NCBI GenBank assembly: GCA_043228905.1
Contig: JBHGNT010000002.1
Location: 16,678,001 to 16,742,000 of the forward strand
Origin: Azolla caroliniana
Lineage: Eukaryota; Plantae; Polypodiophyta
DNA: 64,000 nt
Reading direction: 5' to 3'
The notes under the pieces: model-generated
Told to the model about the DNA's origin: nothing
The model's input: the letters and a program-made list of their open reading frames with translations, nothing else
Database searches by the model: none
Shown here: piece by piece, positions 24,021-37,048 of the stretch
Numbering within the stretch: position 1 is the first letter of the stretch
Layout of the letters: the number at the start of each line of letters is the position of its first letter
Program-made: the position numbers and the translations under genes

Positions 24021-25104
24021 GATATAATAGTCCCCAAAGCTAGGAGTTTGATATTCATATGTGACATAATTTCTTTCTCAAAAACCCAGAGGGAAGAACA
24101 AGGAAGAGGGGAAAAAAAAAACTAGTAAGGAAAAATGGGACATATATCCAGCTCCTCATTGATCCTCCCTCCCTAATGTTACTTTGCATGCCCACTTTTA
24201 GTTGGATGGCCTCTATTTTTAGTTGCATGCTTCCATTTTTAGATGCATGCCTTTTACTTTTAGTTGCATGGCCTTGGCTTTTGGTTGCATGCGATTGTCC
24301 GTATAATTCGGCCAAATGACACAATCATCCATAAAGTTTAGCCCGTGCGCAATCCGTACGTGCGTCGCAACCAAACCGTAGACGCATCCGCACGCAAAAG
24401 TCCCGACCGCGCAGTAGTGTACGCATCCACGCATGCGCGCGTCCAACCCGCACCGTGTACACATCCGCGCGCAAAAGTCTCGACCGCGCCATAGTGTACG
24501 CATCCACGAATGCGCACGTGCGCGCACACGCGTACATCCGAAGACGTCCACGTGGCCATGTACACGCGCATATGCCCGAAGCGTTAACACGACCATGCAT
24601 ACGCACATACGCCCGAAGCGTTAACACAACCGTGCATACGCACATACTCCCGAAGTGTTAACACGACCGTGCATACGCACATACGTGCATACGCCCAAAG
24701 CGTAATCACGGCCATGCATACGCACATACATGCATACGCCCAAAGCGTAATCACGGCCATGCATACGCGCGTATGCCCAAAGCGTGCACACCACACAATG
24801 TAGCCCAAGTCACCTTGAACATACTGTGTTCCACCTTGAACATACTGTGTTCCATGTTTTCGTTTCCCTTATATATCCTGGGTTCCAATGTTTTCCTATC
24901 TATGTGGGATATCTCACCATTTTGTCTTTTCTTTCTTCTTCTTCAAACTTCACACTCACATAGCTTGATACTTGTTTATACGTTTCATGCGTAGTAAAAT
25001 ACGCTATAAAACTCTTGAAGACACCTATCTATATGAATACATTAAGCTAATATTAAATAATTATTTTACTAGTTTTCATATTGTGTGAGAAAAACCACAC
25101 GACA
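24021..25104 (+). mobile_element. Left-truncated LTR (element X), probably of the Trp lineage, inserted in pol of B
   Basis: Ends CACACGACA, followed by ACGT and the resumed pol (H)VPWSLKPI. TATA-like CTTATATA near 24868 precedes a CT-rich tract. The left end is lost together with about 1 kb of B. Confidence 0.55.
24380..24853. repeat. GC-rich tandem repeats within LTR X
   Basis: 37-bp units CATACGCCCGAAGCGTTAACAC... at 24569, 24606 and 24643, then longer variants. A 21-bp duplication CACCTTGAACATACTGTGTTC starts at 24811. Confidence 0.8.
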
Positions 25105-27572
25105 ACGTGCCATGGAGTCTCAAACCAATTCAAGTACCGAGAGCTCACATGCCAATGCTGATGGAGCTTCTCAAGCAGAAGGTGGAGCAGGGCATCCTCG
25201 AAACGTCGAGTGCCCCTTGCTCTAACCGGTGGTTTACGGTACCAAAGAAGAACAGTACGTTGCGGTTCATCCAGGACATACAACCGGTCAACAAGGTGAC
25301 CATCCGCAATACGGGAGTTGGACCATCGATCGATGAGTTTGCAGAGGCCTTCGTGGGAAGGTCCATATACTCGGTCGGAGACGAGGTATGACTAGTTCCA
25401 GCTGGTCGTGGAAAGCAGGGACATCACAACAATGCAAACCCCTCTCGGCCTAGTTGGAATGTGTACCCTACCATAGAGAGGGACCAACTTGGTGGCACAC
25501 ATGGTGAATGCAATGAACAGAGTTCTGCGGGACTGCAATCCGGATATCACCATGCATTTCCTGGACGACATCCCTATAAAGCGGTGTCTGGAGGACCCCA
25601 AGGATGAGTCGATCGGTGCAGACGGGTGCCGAAGGTTTGTCACCGACCATATCTCTGACTCCGAGAAGATACTACAAAGGCTCGAAGACGCGTGGCTTAC
25701 CTTCTCGGGAGAAAAGTCGGCCTTCAGATAGCCAGAGATCTAAGTGGTGGGTCATCTATGTGGGTCGTACGGCTGGAAGCCATCGCCGACCAAGGTAGAG
25801 GCCATCTTGGCAAATAAGGCAAAGTGCAGATCCATCACAGAGGTCTGACGGTTCTTAGGAGCATGCGCCTTCTACCACATATGGATCCCTCATTATGCAC
25901 ACGTCGCCAAACCACTCTACGGCTTGCTAAAGAAGAGCAGGAAGTTGGAATGAACAAAGGAACATACCGAGGCGGTCCGGAGGCTAAAATGAGCGCTCAC
26001 CGCGGCACCAACTTTTCGCAAAGTGAAATACACACCAGGAACTCCGGTCTACATCACGGTGGACACCAACCCGACCGGGATCAGATGGGTTGTAAATCAA
26101 GAGGGAGAAGACGGCACACGTTTCCCTATCCGGTTCGGTGCGAAAGTACTGAGTGAGCGACAACGAGGATACACCCAGGTCAAGCGCGAACTATGGGGTA
26201 TCGTTTCGGCGGTTAAGGTCGACAAAGACTACCTAGTCGGGACGGAAGTGATTATAGAAACAGACTACTTGCCGATTCTCGGTATGGTCTCCGGATGCGC
26301 AACTCCCAACCTGGCCATGCTCACGTGGATTGTGTACATCAAGTCCCTGAACCCAGAGATACGACACATCTCAGGTATTGGAGTTCCACGAAAGCCCTTG
26401 GTCTGGGCACCAGGATACATGGGCCACGTTCGAGAAGTTAAAGGAGAAATACTAGTGGCCGAGTATATATAAGAGCGTGCACGACTTCGTGTCCACATGC
26501 GAAAGCTGCCAGATGCACTCGGTGGTTCGACACTGCGACAAGCTGCACCCAACATACCCCCTGACAGTGCACTTCAAATGGATGGTCGCCTTAGTAACCA
26601 TGCCAATGGGAGAGGGTCAGAAGCGATACTTGGTGTTGGCTAGAAAGACCTAACGAACCAGGTAGAGGGCCGAGCACTAACGAACAAGACCACCGCGGCA
26701 GTATGTAGGTTTCTGATTGAAGATGTCATATGCCAATACGAGTGCGTGGGAAAAATCGTGGATGACCAAGGCGAGCTAGACATAGAAGAGGCCAAGGAAC
26801 TGTTTGATCGGTTAGGCGTAAAACTATCCCTCACGACGGCGTACAACTCGGAGGCAAACGGAAAGATTGAGCAGGGCCACGGTCCGATCGTAAAAACTAT
26901 TGTACGCGCGTGCGAAGGACGAGTCGGCGACTGGCCGAGGTTGCTCCCTTACGCATTATGGGCGGACAGGACTACCCACAATTCGGTGACAGGTTACATT
27001 CCGACGGAACTAATGTTCGGACAAAAACTCATCATGCCAGTAGAGCGGACGATCGCCTCGTGGATGGCGATCGATTTGGCCAACGAAATGAGCTGAGAAG
27101 AATTGCTTGCGGCTCGAATCCGGAAACTCGAGTGAAGGCCAGAAGACATGGACCGGACCACGGCGAGGGTGAAAGAAGCAAGAATTCAGAAACAAGGCCC
27201 GGTTTGACCGAATACACCAGCTCCAGCCAAGGAAGATCGAGGAAGGCGATTGGGTGTTAGTCTACGACAACAGCCTCGACAACCAGCATAGGTCTACGTG
27301 TAAGTTTGCGAAGCGATGGTTCGGGCCATACGTGGTAATTAGCGTCAACGATAACGTGACGTATCATCTCGCCGAGCTCGACAGGACTCGAATGACGACT
27401 CCAGTGGCCGAGAAGTGGATAAAGGCCTTCAAAAGGCGGAGTGAGACGGAACCTGACCCTGGAGCCGAGAGTGCCAGTTCAGAAGGGGAGGACGAGTAGC
27501 AGATAGCCGGAATCCCTCCCTAAATTCGCTACCCGGCACATAATGGAGTATGTGCGGTTTAGTGGGTGTAGA

Positions 27573-28334
27573 TGTCGTGAAGATTCTGGGCCATAGGTGG
27601 AAACAACGTGAAACGCGCGGGAACACTGGTGTGCACGAGTGCACACCCCTAGCGAATTAGATAGTGTAAGTACTAGGCATAGGTAGATGGAGGTGTACTA
27701 GGTAGTTAAAGCATTAATAGGGATTCAGACATTGCGTAAGTAGGGAGAGTTACGAGGAGAGCAAATCAGTTGGGGGGAGAATCTAGGAAGTTAAAGCGAC
27801 AAGGCCATGAATGCTCTGTAACGGTCGCTCCTTGTGCTATAAAAGGGGAGACCCTCGATTGTTTTTGGGAAGTCTTCTAGAGAGAAGAGAAAGGAAGCAG
27901 ATACAAAAGAAGATGGGGAGTCCTACGACGTGTGACCGGAAGGCGCTTCCCCTGCTCGTGTCAGACGCCCGAGTGCTCCCGACCAGGGGATCGACCTTCT
28001 GTGTGCCCGCTCAACTTTGTATCTAACTACTGTAGAGCCAACGCTCAAACACCGGCACTGATCCGGTTGTAGTCAACCATAGCGCTACGCGCATATATTG
28101 ATTAATAGAAGCTTATCCACCTAACGCAAGTTATTCATAGCATATCTGTTTGCGCCTATGTCTACGCACGATCCTCTTACACTATCTCCCTCGTTTCGCT
28201 AATCTTTTCCGTTTAAACTACCGTCTCAGGGCTTACGTAAACCACGGACCCTTCCTCCTCGCTTCCCGATTCCTTGGTACAAGACCCCCGTGGTCCTGCC
28301 CAATTTCTACGCATCCATGAGGATTTACCCGACA
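27573..28334 (+). repeat. 3' LTR of element B
   Basis: TGTCGTGAAG...CCCGACA; CTATAAAA at about 27837; right flank ACGT. Confidence 0.8.
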
Positions 28335-30375
28335 ACGTGTTAGAAGATCATCAAGGATAAGGTATCCAATTCAAAGGTTGACTTATGATAGTTTAAAACA
28401 TTTTGCATATATGATGCAGGTTGTCAAAGACAAAGAGCCCGAGACATATGAAGAAGCTTGTACACAAATGTAATGGAAGCAAGCTATGAAAGAAGAGATC
28501 AAAGCTCTCAATGATAATCACACATGGGATCTTGTGACAAAGAAAGAAGGTATGAAAATCATTCCAAATAAATGGGTGTTCAAAGTGAAGAGAAATGTTG
28601 ACGGTTCATTAGCTAGATACAAAGCTAGGTTGGTTGCAAAAGGGTTTAAACAAACACAAGGCATAGATTATGACGAAATTTTTAGCCCAGTTGCAAAGAT
28701 GGGGACAATTAGAACCTTGATAGAAATCAGTGCTTCTAAGAGGTGGCCATTATATCAACTCGACATCAAGAATGCCTTTCTAAATGGAGAACTACAACAA
28801 GAGGTATACATGAGTCAACCGGTTCGATTTGAAGACGAAAACTATCCAGATTTTGTTTGTAGATTGAAAAAGGCCCTTTATGGCTTGAAACAAGCACCAC
28901 GAGTGTGGAACCAAAGATTGGTAGAGTATCTAATGAAATGTGGATACAACCCAAGCATTGATGATCCCTCATTGTATATGAAGAAAAAAGGGAAAAAAGG
29001 AGGTATATATCTATATATATGTTGATGATTTCATCATAACAAGGAATGATGATACATGGATTAAGGATATAAAAGGAAAGCTTGGGAATGAATTTAAAAT
29101 CTCAGATCTAGGAGAGCTGAAATAGTTTTTAGGAATCGAAGTTGTTTATGGGAAAAGTGGCATCTACTTGCTGCAAAGGAAGTACTTGTTGGATGTTCTT
29201 TTCAGATTTGGAATGAGTGAATGCAAACCACTCACTCAACCCATTGATACAAATACAAAACTATTCTCAAGTGATGGAGAAATACTAGAAGATATAACAA
29301 CATACATAAGTATTATAGGATCATAAATCTATGCGAGCATTACAAGACCTGATCTATGTTATGTTATGCAAACTCCAACAAATGAACATTTAAATGCAGC
29401 TAAGAGAGTGTTAAGATATATAAAGCATACAACTCATCATGCTTTATTTTATAAGTGTGATGAAGAATTGCATGCAAAGGGTTTAGTGATGCGGATTGGG
29501 CAGGTTCAAAGGAAGATAGGAGATCAACCTCAGGTTATGTATTTATGATTGGAAGCAATCCTATCACATGGAGCTCGAAGAAACAAGCTATTGTTGCACT
29601 TTCATCCATGGAGGCTAAGTATAGAGGATTAACATTTGCTACATGTGAATCAATGTGGCTTAAAAAGCTTTTGCCTGATCTTGAAGTGCATGTGGGAATC
29701 ATTCTGATATACAGTGACAACATCGCAAGTATTTACTTGGCAAGCAATCCCACTTTCCATGCGCAGAGTAAGCATATTGAAGTTCATTACCATTATTGAC
29801 GAGAGAAGGTGTTGAGCAAAGATGTGGAGATAAAGTTCATCAAAACCAAAGATCAAGTTGCAGACATGTTCACAAAGTTCCGGATGCTTCTAAACTAAAA
29901 GGTTTCAAAGATGTGATAAATTTGCTAGACATGGCTCAAGATAACTCCCAAATGAGCTTGAGGGGGTGTGTTGAAGATAAATGTACAAGCTCAAATTGAT
30001 ATGAGTTATGATTGTTTATGGTTATAAAGTTGTATGGTGAATATTTATCTAAAGACTATAGTGAATAGCATATAATGGGTAAATATATGTGGTAGGTGAG
30101 AATTCGGCACAAAATCAGTGGCTACAAAAGTGTCGTCTAATAGGTGAGTCAAGTTGTAAGTAGCTAGCATAAACATAAGGTATAAATAGGTATAAAATGA
30201 GTTCTACACATATAGAAAAAAGGAGAGCAAGAGGAATACCTTAAGTGTCCTATGTAAGTGAGAAGTTCTATAGATTGTCTTTGATATACATTGTTAGTCT
30301 CTCTCTCACGGTCTCTTTTGTATTAGCTATTTTGTAAGATTCATATCTTAATGAATATATAGCCATTTCTTATGT
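28335..30375 (+). mobile_element. Ty1/Copia element II: linker, RT, RNase H, PPT and partial 3' LTR
   Basis: Motifs [34 protein letters not shown] and SKHIEVHYH. PPT GAGGGGGTG; LTR starts TGTTGAAG at 29969. Confidence 0.88.
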
Positions 30376-33300
30376 TTAAACACTCTTTGGAAAGCTCGTT
30401 CTGTGTATAAATTGCAGCCTCAGATTCATCATATTATTGGAGTTATCAATCTGAGAGTGAAAGGTGTTTGTCCATGTATTGGACCTACAACGGTTCACTA
30501 TACACTTCTTACTCTGAATAGGAGGACAAATTCTCCACAACACATACACACACATATCACATAATCTTCCGCTTAACTTAATCACATAATTAGGTACTAA
30601 TTAACCCATACTTAATTAGTTACCTAATTCTTAACATGGTATCAAAACGTGTGGTTTCGAAAATCCATTAAGCCCACCTCACTCCGTGATTGTGTGTTCG
30701 AGACACCGACAACAAAATCCGGCTATTGGCTACCGTAGTGCCACTACGTAGCACGTGTATGTGATCAAAGGAAAAAAAGCAAAAGAAGAGAAGACACTAC
30801 AATCAACATGAACACACAAATGGGTAGCTCGCTCCCTAGTGAAAAGCTAGACCGAAGCAATTATTCATCTTGGGAGTACAAGATGACCCAATACCTCGTC
30901 GGCCAAGGGTATTGGAGCTACATCAACGGCGCTCAAGAAAATCAACCCGACTCAAAGAACCCCAACTACGCAACATGGGAGCAAGCGGCTAGTCGAGTCA
31001 TGTATTGGTTGGCAACATGTGTCCACGACCACATGCTCAGCCATATTCGAGACGCCAAAACGCCTAAAAAAGCGTGGGCGAACTTAAAGAAAATGTTCGC
31101 TGCCAACACAACCGCCCGAAAGCTTCAACTCTGACAAGAGTTGAATAACATTCGACAAAAAGACGTGTCTGTGTCGGACTACACTACCAAAATCAAGAGC
31201 ATTTGCGACTCACTTGGCTCCATCAACATAAATGTCGACAAAGACGAGATGGTTCAAGTATGCTTGGGCAGCCTCAAAAAACAATTTGATCCATTACGGA
31301 CGGCAATCTTGGCGAGAGAAAACCCTCCTTCATTCTTCGACCTCCAATCAATGCTATTGGTCGAAGAGAACCACGTCCGAACCAAAAGCAAGACGTCGGA
31401 AAGACAGATGTTCTTCTCGAATTCAGACGGTGGTCGAGGAGGAGGTCACGGCGGTAGAAGAGGTCAATTCGACCCATCACAAGAAGGGAACTCAAACCTT
31501 CATGGAAGCCATCGAGAAACCTTCAGAAGAAGGGGGAGCTTCCACGTCGAACATCGTCGGTCAAATGAGGCCTGCAACTTGCAATTATTGCGGCAAAATC
31601 GGCCACCACGAGGTGGAGTGAAGTGAGTTGGCTTCAACAAGTCGACAACTCACAAACTACACATCAAACTCTTACTACGACAATCGTAGCGGAATGTTCA
31701 CAAATTACACCACAAATTCTGACTACGGCGACCGTGGCGGAATGTTCGTAATGAGGCATAGAGCGAACTCTATGACGGCCTCCAACTCCACAAGCACCTC
31801 CAATTCGGAAGACGTGTGGTTCGTCGATTCCGGCGCCTCACATCACATGACATCCCACAAGGAGGGGTTAAATGACTTGCGTACACCGGATCGACCCGGC
31901 TACATAGAGATGAGAGACGACACCACATCCCATTCGGCACATCGGCAATGGTGGCAAGAACAATTGCATCAAGAATGTTTTGCACGTGCCCACAATAACG
32001 AAGAATTTGGTCTCAGTCAGCCAAATCGTGGAGAAAGGCATGCAAGTCCATTTCAACAAAGAAGGATGCTTCATCGAGAAAGATGGCCGACTCATAGCAA
32101 AGGGGTGGAGATACGGCCGAATGTTCATCCTCGATTCGAATGAGGTGAAATCGGCAATGTACGCTAAAAGTTTCAAAACCGAGACAAGCATTGAGTTGTG
32201 GCACAAGAGAAACGGCCACATCAACCTCCAACGGCTTCGAGCTATGCAAACAGAGGGAGTCGTCATCGGACTTCCGACATTCGAGTCGAAACGAGTCAAC
32301 CGAGTATGCGAAGCGTGTCAACTCGGCAAACAACATCGACTCCCATTCCTGAAGGAGAGCTCTGCAAGCAAAGGCCTCCTCGACGTCATACACTCGGATG
32401 TATGGGGACTGGCTCAAACGCCGACGATTGGCAGATGCCGATACTACGTAACCTTCATCGACAACTACTCGCGCTACGCGTGGATCTACCCGATGAAGAA
32501 GAAGAGAGAAGTGTTCTCCCACTTCCAAAAGCTCAAGGGGCAAGTTGAAAAAGAAACTGGTCGGCACATTCGCTGCCTACGATCGGATGGAGGCAAGGAG
32601 TACTTCTCCAATAAATTCACCTCCTACCTCCAAAGTGAAGGCATTCGAAGAGAACTCTCATGCGGACACACCCCCAACCAAAATGGAGTCGCCAAAAGGA
32701 AGAATCAACAAATACTCGAGGTAGCACGCGCCATGATGCATGAGAAGCACATGCCGAACTTCTATTGGGCCGAAGTGGCATCCACGGCCGTCTATGTCAT
32801 GAACCGGTGCACCACCAATGGAGTCCATGAGCTAACTCCCTACTAGCTCCTCGTCGGAAGGAAGCCGATCCTGTCGCACCTCAAGGTGTTCGGAAGCATT
32901 GCGAATGTGTGCATCCCGAACAAAACACGACAGAAGCCCGATGCGAAGTCGGAGGAATGTATCCTCATAGGATACTCGTCCAAGAAGAAGTCATACAAGT
33001 GCTACAACCCTTCTACCCAAGCGGTTCGACTAAGTCGAGACATAGTCTTCGACAAGTCCGCATCCTGGTACGCACCAGAGACAACTTCGACTCCGACTCC
33101 GCTCGACCCGGAATCCGCCAAACAAGAGGTAGACGATGAAGATCACTTCGAACACATGTTCGAAGAAAGTCTTATTACGGCAAAGCCTAGTGGGCCACAA
33201 GAGCCCCCACGTGACCCAAGCACGTCGCAGCCAAGTATGAACTTGGACAAAGGCAAAGGTAAGATGCATGAATACGAAGTTGATCACCCCGACAACAATG

Positions 33301-33877
33301 ATTCGGATGGATCGGCTTCCTCACTAGACAATGAGTTTGATGTACCCATCATGCGTACACCCGGAGTAAAGAATGCGCTCACATCGGCGAGCGAAAAGCT
33401 TGGATACTCTTCTAGAGAGAAGAATCCTGTCACTCGGCTCGGCTACAACGAGTATATGACCCATCATTACGCCTTCGCGATGAAGGTAGCGGCCGAACAA
33501 GAGCCGAAGAGCTCCACCAAAGTGGCTCGTAACCCACGATGGGTGGAAGTAGTTGCCCTTCGCCCACACACTACAAGCCTTCGTCACTGGCTTAACGGGG
33601 AGGACCCAAGATTGGTACGGCAAAGAAAGCCGAAGGCCGAACGGAAGCCGCATAGAAGCCGACATCGAAAGCCGGACAACGCCGAAAGCCAAAGAGGATG
33701 TCAGATGCCTTCACCACAGGCTTGAGGGGGAGGAACCGAAACTGCGACAAAAAAGTTGACGCCGAAAGAAACAATACCGGCCATCCAAATCCGAAGCCGA
33801 TTCAACCGAATCGAAGATCCGAATGTCGAAAGCCAAAGCGAACATCGGATGCCCCGTACTTCAGCTTGAGGGGGCGT

Positions 33878-34668
33878 TGTCATGAAGAATGTGCTTCACG
33901 ATATAAACATGAGCTTAAATATTGTATTTAATAATATTTGATAGACTTGAACCCACATCCTTATATACGAAGTACAATGTACATACCACTACACTAGGCT
34001 ATTTATTTGTAAAAGTGTGTAATAAATGTGCTTCATGATATAAGAATGAAGTTATATATTGTATTAAGTAAAATTGAGAGAGAGACTTGAACTCTCAACC
34101 TTGTATGCCAAACACAAAGTATACACCACTAAGCTAGGTTAATTATTTTAGAATCCATTTTCATCATTATACTTATCCCATATCTATTTTCATACATGGG
34201 AGCTCAAGTGAGCATGATGGCTACCATGCATCACGTGCAATACATGTGCGCCAAATGGCGATCATGCATTACATGTAACTCATGCATTGCATGCATGCCA
34301 TGCTCCCATACATTACCATATGCATGGCAACACTTATATAAAGAGGGGCAAGGAAAACAAGAGAGAATCAAGAGAGAGTGAGAAAATAATACACTTAAGT
34401 AAAGAAGACTAGCTCATTGGGTGGAGAATCTCTCGTTTCGAAGTTGAGGTCGTGGGTTCAAATCAAGGGTCGATAGAGAATGTGTTCACTTTGCGATCAA
34501 GGATTGTAAAGTTGGTAAAATATTATACTTTTAATATACATTGAATGTTTATATCATATACTCTTGTTCCTTGAATCATACTTTGTCTCAATCTTCTTTC
34601 TAGAATCATACTTTGTCTCAATCTTCTTTCTTGAATCATACATTGTCTCTATCTTTTATCTATGCTTG

Positions 34669-34706
<38 letters not shown>

Positions 34707-34842
34707 TACTCGTAACTCTTCTTCTTACTATCCTTAACCATTCTATCATCACCATACAAGCCTTATTAAAAGTTAAGTTTCTTCAACTCCCCTTAACCTT
34801 AGTCCCCGCGACTTCGCCGCACGAACCACAACTACCCCGACA
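33878..34842 (+). repeat. 5' LTR of element C, containing three tRNA-like cassettes
   Basis: TGTCATGAAG...CCCGACA; TATA near 34335; tRNA-like units at about 33935-34003 (-), 34075-34145 (-) and 34405-34475 (+). Confidence 0.95.
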
Positions 34843-34846
34843 CATT

Positions 34847-34863
34847 TGGTGAACCTGACGTGA
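34847..34863 (+). promoter_or_regulatory. Primer-binding site, tRNA-Trp (one mismatch)
   Basis: TGGTGAACCTGACGTGA. Confidence 0.8.
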
Positions 34864-34881
34864 AGGCAGCGTCAAGGAAAA

Positions 34882-36995
34882 ATGGAGGAGCAAATGAGGC
34901 TTATGTGTACGATGATGGAACGAATGATGCGAGAGCAAGGGATGATGGTAAGCATCGACAAAGCCGTCGACAATATTCTTGCACGAGTGGGAATCTTCGA
35001 AGGTATAAATTTAACAAGATATTTGAAGATTTACAATGAAGAAATGCTTAAACGTGGTGTCGACGAAGCTGCCAAAATTAATAGCTTTAGTCGAGTCGCT
35101 GCGATTGGGCTACAACAGAGGATCCAGGAGCTACAGAGGGAGCATCAGACATGGGCAACTTTCGAAAGAGCATTACTGAATGAATACAACCTGAACGATA
35201 TGTCAAGGATGACAAGGCGATCTTTCATGGATTGGGTAGAGTCTAATAAACATTTAAGTGTTTTGGAAGGGTTAAAAGAGTTTTCAGAAAGATTTGAGCA
35301 ATTAAATGTTAGGGATAGAAATATAATAATGCCAGATAAAGTAATATTGTTTCTACAAGCTACTAATATTAAAGACACGAAAGACTTGGGAATGCTTCTG
35401 GAAGATCAGAATAGTCCTACTGGACTTACCGAAGATTGGGAGGAGGTAAAAAGGGCTTGCACCCATTTTTGTAAAAGAAAGTTATGGTTTATGGAGCTGC
35501 CAGAGAGAAATGAAGAAGAAACGGGGAACAAGTCGGGAGAAAAGAAAGTGGAAGAGTCACTCTTGCATGAATTAGTGAAAGGCATGAAAGACTTGTCGAT
35601 CAAAGTGACGAAGCTAGAATCGGGACAAAGCTCGACTTCATCAAGGCAGGGAGGTGGAATGGTGCGAAGGTGTATGTGGTGTGATAGTATCGACCACCAG
35701 AAGAAAGATTGTCAAGAGCATAGGGATGCTCTTAATCATAATAAAATCCACTATCAAGAGGGCAAGATTCACTCGACAGAGACTCGACAACCACTTCAAC
35801 TCAACTTCGGACGAGGAGGAATGAAAAAGCTAATGGAAGATGTCGAGAGAGAAACGACTCAAGTGATACAATCCGTGGCAACCTTAGGGTTGCGCGTAGA
35901 AGACTCATATGGTGGATCTGGCTTTTGGCAAGATGTGATGGATTATGCAAGAAAAGGGAAGGTTCGAGTGGATGAATTAAAAAGAGTGGGAGATGAAATA
36001 CGAAACTTCACTGGATGGAATGATCCAGTAGACGCGCTATCAACATTCGCCCAAGTGAATGCACAAGATGTGCTAGTGGAAGAGAAGTTGAAGAGAGAGA
36101 GGAAGCTGATCCGACAAAGAGACATGAGACACAAGAACAGAAGAGAAGGGAGATGGAAAAGGGTGCTACTGAACCGAAGGAAGCTGATAAAGTAAAAGGA
36201 AAGACAGGCCCATCTTTCAAGCTTGCCTCAGACATAGAAACAACAACGGATATAAAAAAGGTACTAGAAACAAGAATACTAAATAGTAAGGTAGAATTTA
36301 CTTTAAGAGAAGTGTTGGGTATAGCAAAGAAAGAATTTCATGAAGTTATCATAGATATTATTAGAAGGAAGAGACAGGTGACAGAGGAAATTACGGGAGG
36401 GTGTGCAACAACACTCCAAAATTTGTATGGTGGCACCATCAATGCTGCAAGTGTAAAAAACCAGAATGATGTTGGCGTCCATGAAGGGGATAGGAGTCAC
36501 TATACAAGGGACCATTGGGCTCGAGCAACAATGGAGGCACCTGCAAAAATTGGGGAGCAGCAAATTCCATGTATTGCTTTGATCGATCATGGATCCGAGA
36601 TTAACATGATGTCATCAGAATTTTACGCTTGAGGACGGTGGCCGATCAACAAGAATCATGGGTGGAAAATAAGAGCTGCCACAGAGACTACGGAGGATCT
36701 ATTTGGAGCATGTCCTAGTGTGAAGGTAACAATTGGTGATGTGTTGGTGAATCAAAATTTCTTTGTGCAGGATCGATCAACCTACCCCATCATCCTTGGT
36801 CAACCCTACATCATTGCAGTGAGGATGGAAACAAAGGTTATTGATGATGGTTCGGCTTTCGCGAGAATCAAGAGTCAAGATGGAAGAAAGACTATCCAAT
36901 TCTTAACCGTGAGGCCCAACCATGAAAGAAACAAAGAATGCTTGAAGGAACATCCAATTCAAGAGATGGATGAAGAGTTTTCCTAGGATTTTTAG
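34882..36995 (+). pseudogene. Gag-protease ORF of element C
   Basis: Zinc knuckle CMWCDSIDHQKKDC; protease ALIDHGSEINMM...PIILGQPYI. Frameshift near 36100; stops at 36632 and 36986. Confidence 0.88.
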
Positions 36996-37048
36996 ATAGG
37001 TCTTTTACAGGTAGGGGTTGTGATAGCCCGAACATAAAAGAAAACCCC
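36986..37048 (+). promoter_or_regulatory. Putative -1 frameshift signal (element C)
   Basis: G GAT TTT TAG; stem 36999-37008/37020-37029 (8 of 10 pairs); loop GGGGTT pairs with AACCCC at 37043. The -1 frame is open into the ORF at 37199. Confidence 0.7.

Larger units (their letters stand above)
16405..28334 (+). mobile_element. Trp-lineage Gypsy element B, 5'-truncated and interrupted by elements A and X
   Basis: Gag end and protease at 16405-17072 resume at 23948-24020 (HGWKI|RAATRAT). Pol spans 25105-27580 with stops and an internal deletion near 26375. PPT-like AGTGGGTGTAGA precedes the 3' LTR at 27573-28334. Confidence 0.85.

Noticed and set aside
24219-24808. Overlapping Cys/Arg/Val-rich ORFs
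   Set aside because: Products of the 37-45 bp tandem repeat in LTR X.
24021-25104. Helitron (CTAG at 24122 and 25069)
   Set aside because: No convincing subterminal hairpin. The CGACA end with an ACGT flank fits a Trp-lineage LTR better.
31649-31748. 48-bp tandem duplication in the Copia III gag-protease linker
   Set aside because: Real, but an ordinary local duplication with no further implication.
33935-34145. Functional tRNA-Arg(TCG) and tRNA-Pro(TGG) genes
   Set aside because: Acceptor stems do not pair and D stems are broken, so they are reported only as tRNA-like cassettes.
36984-36986. Stop-codon readthrough at the TAG before the slippery site in element C
   Set aside because: A, D and E have sense codons at this position, so a point mutation in a decayed copy is the simpler explanation.
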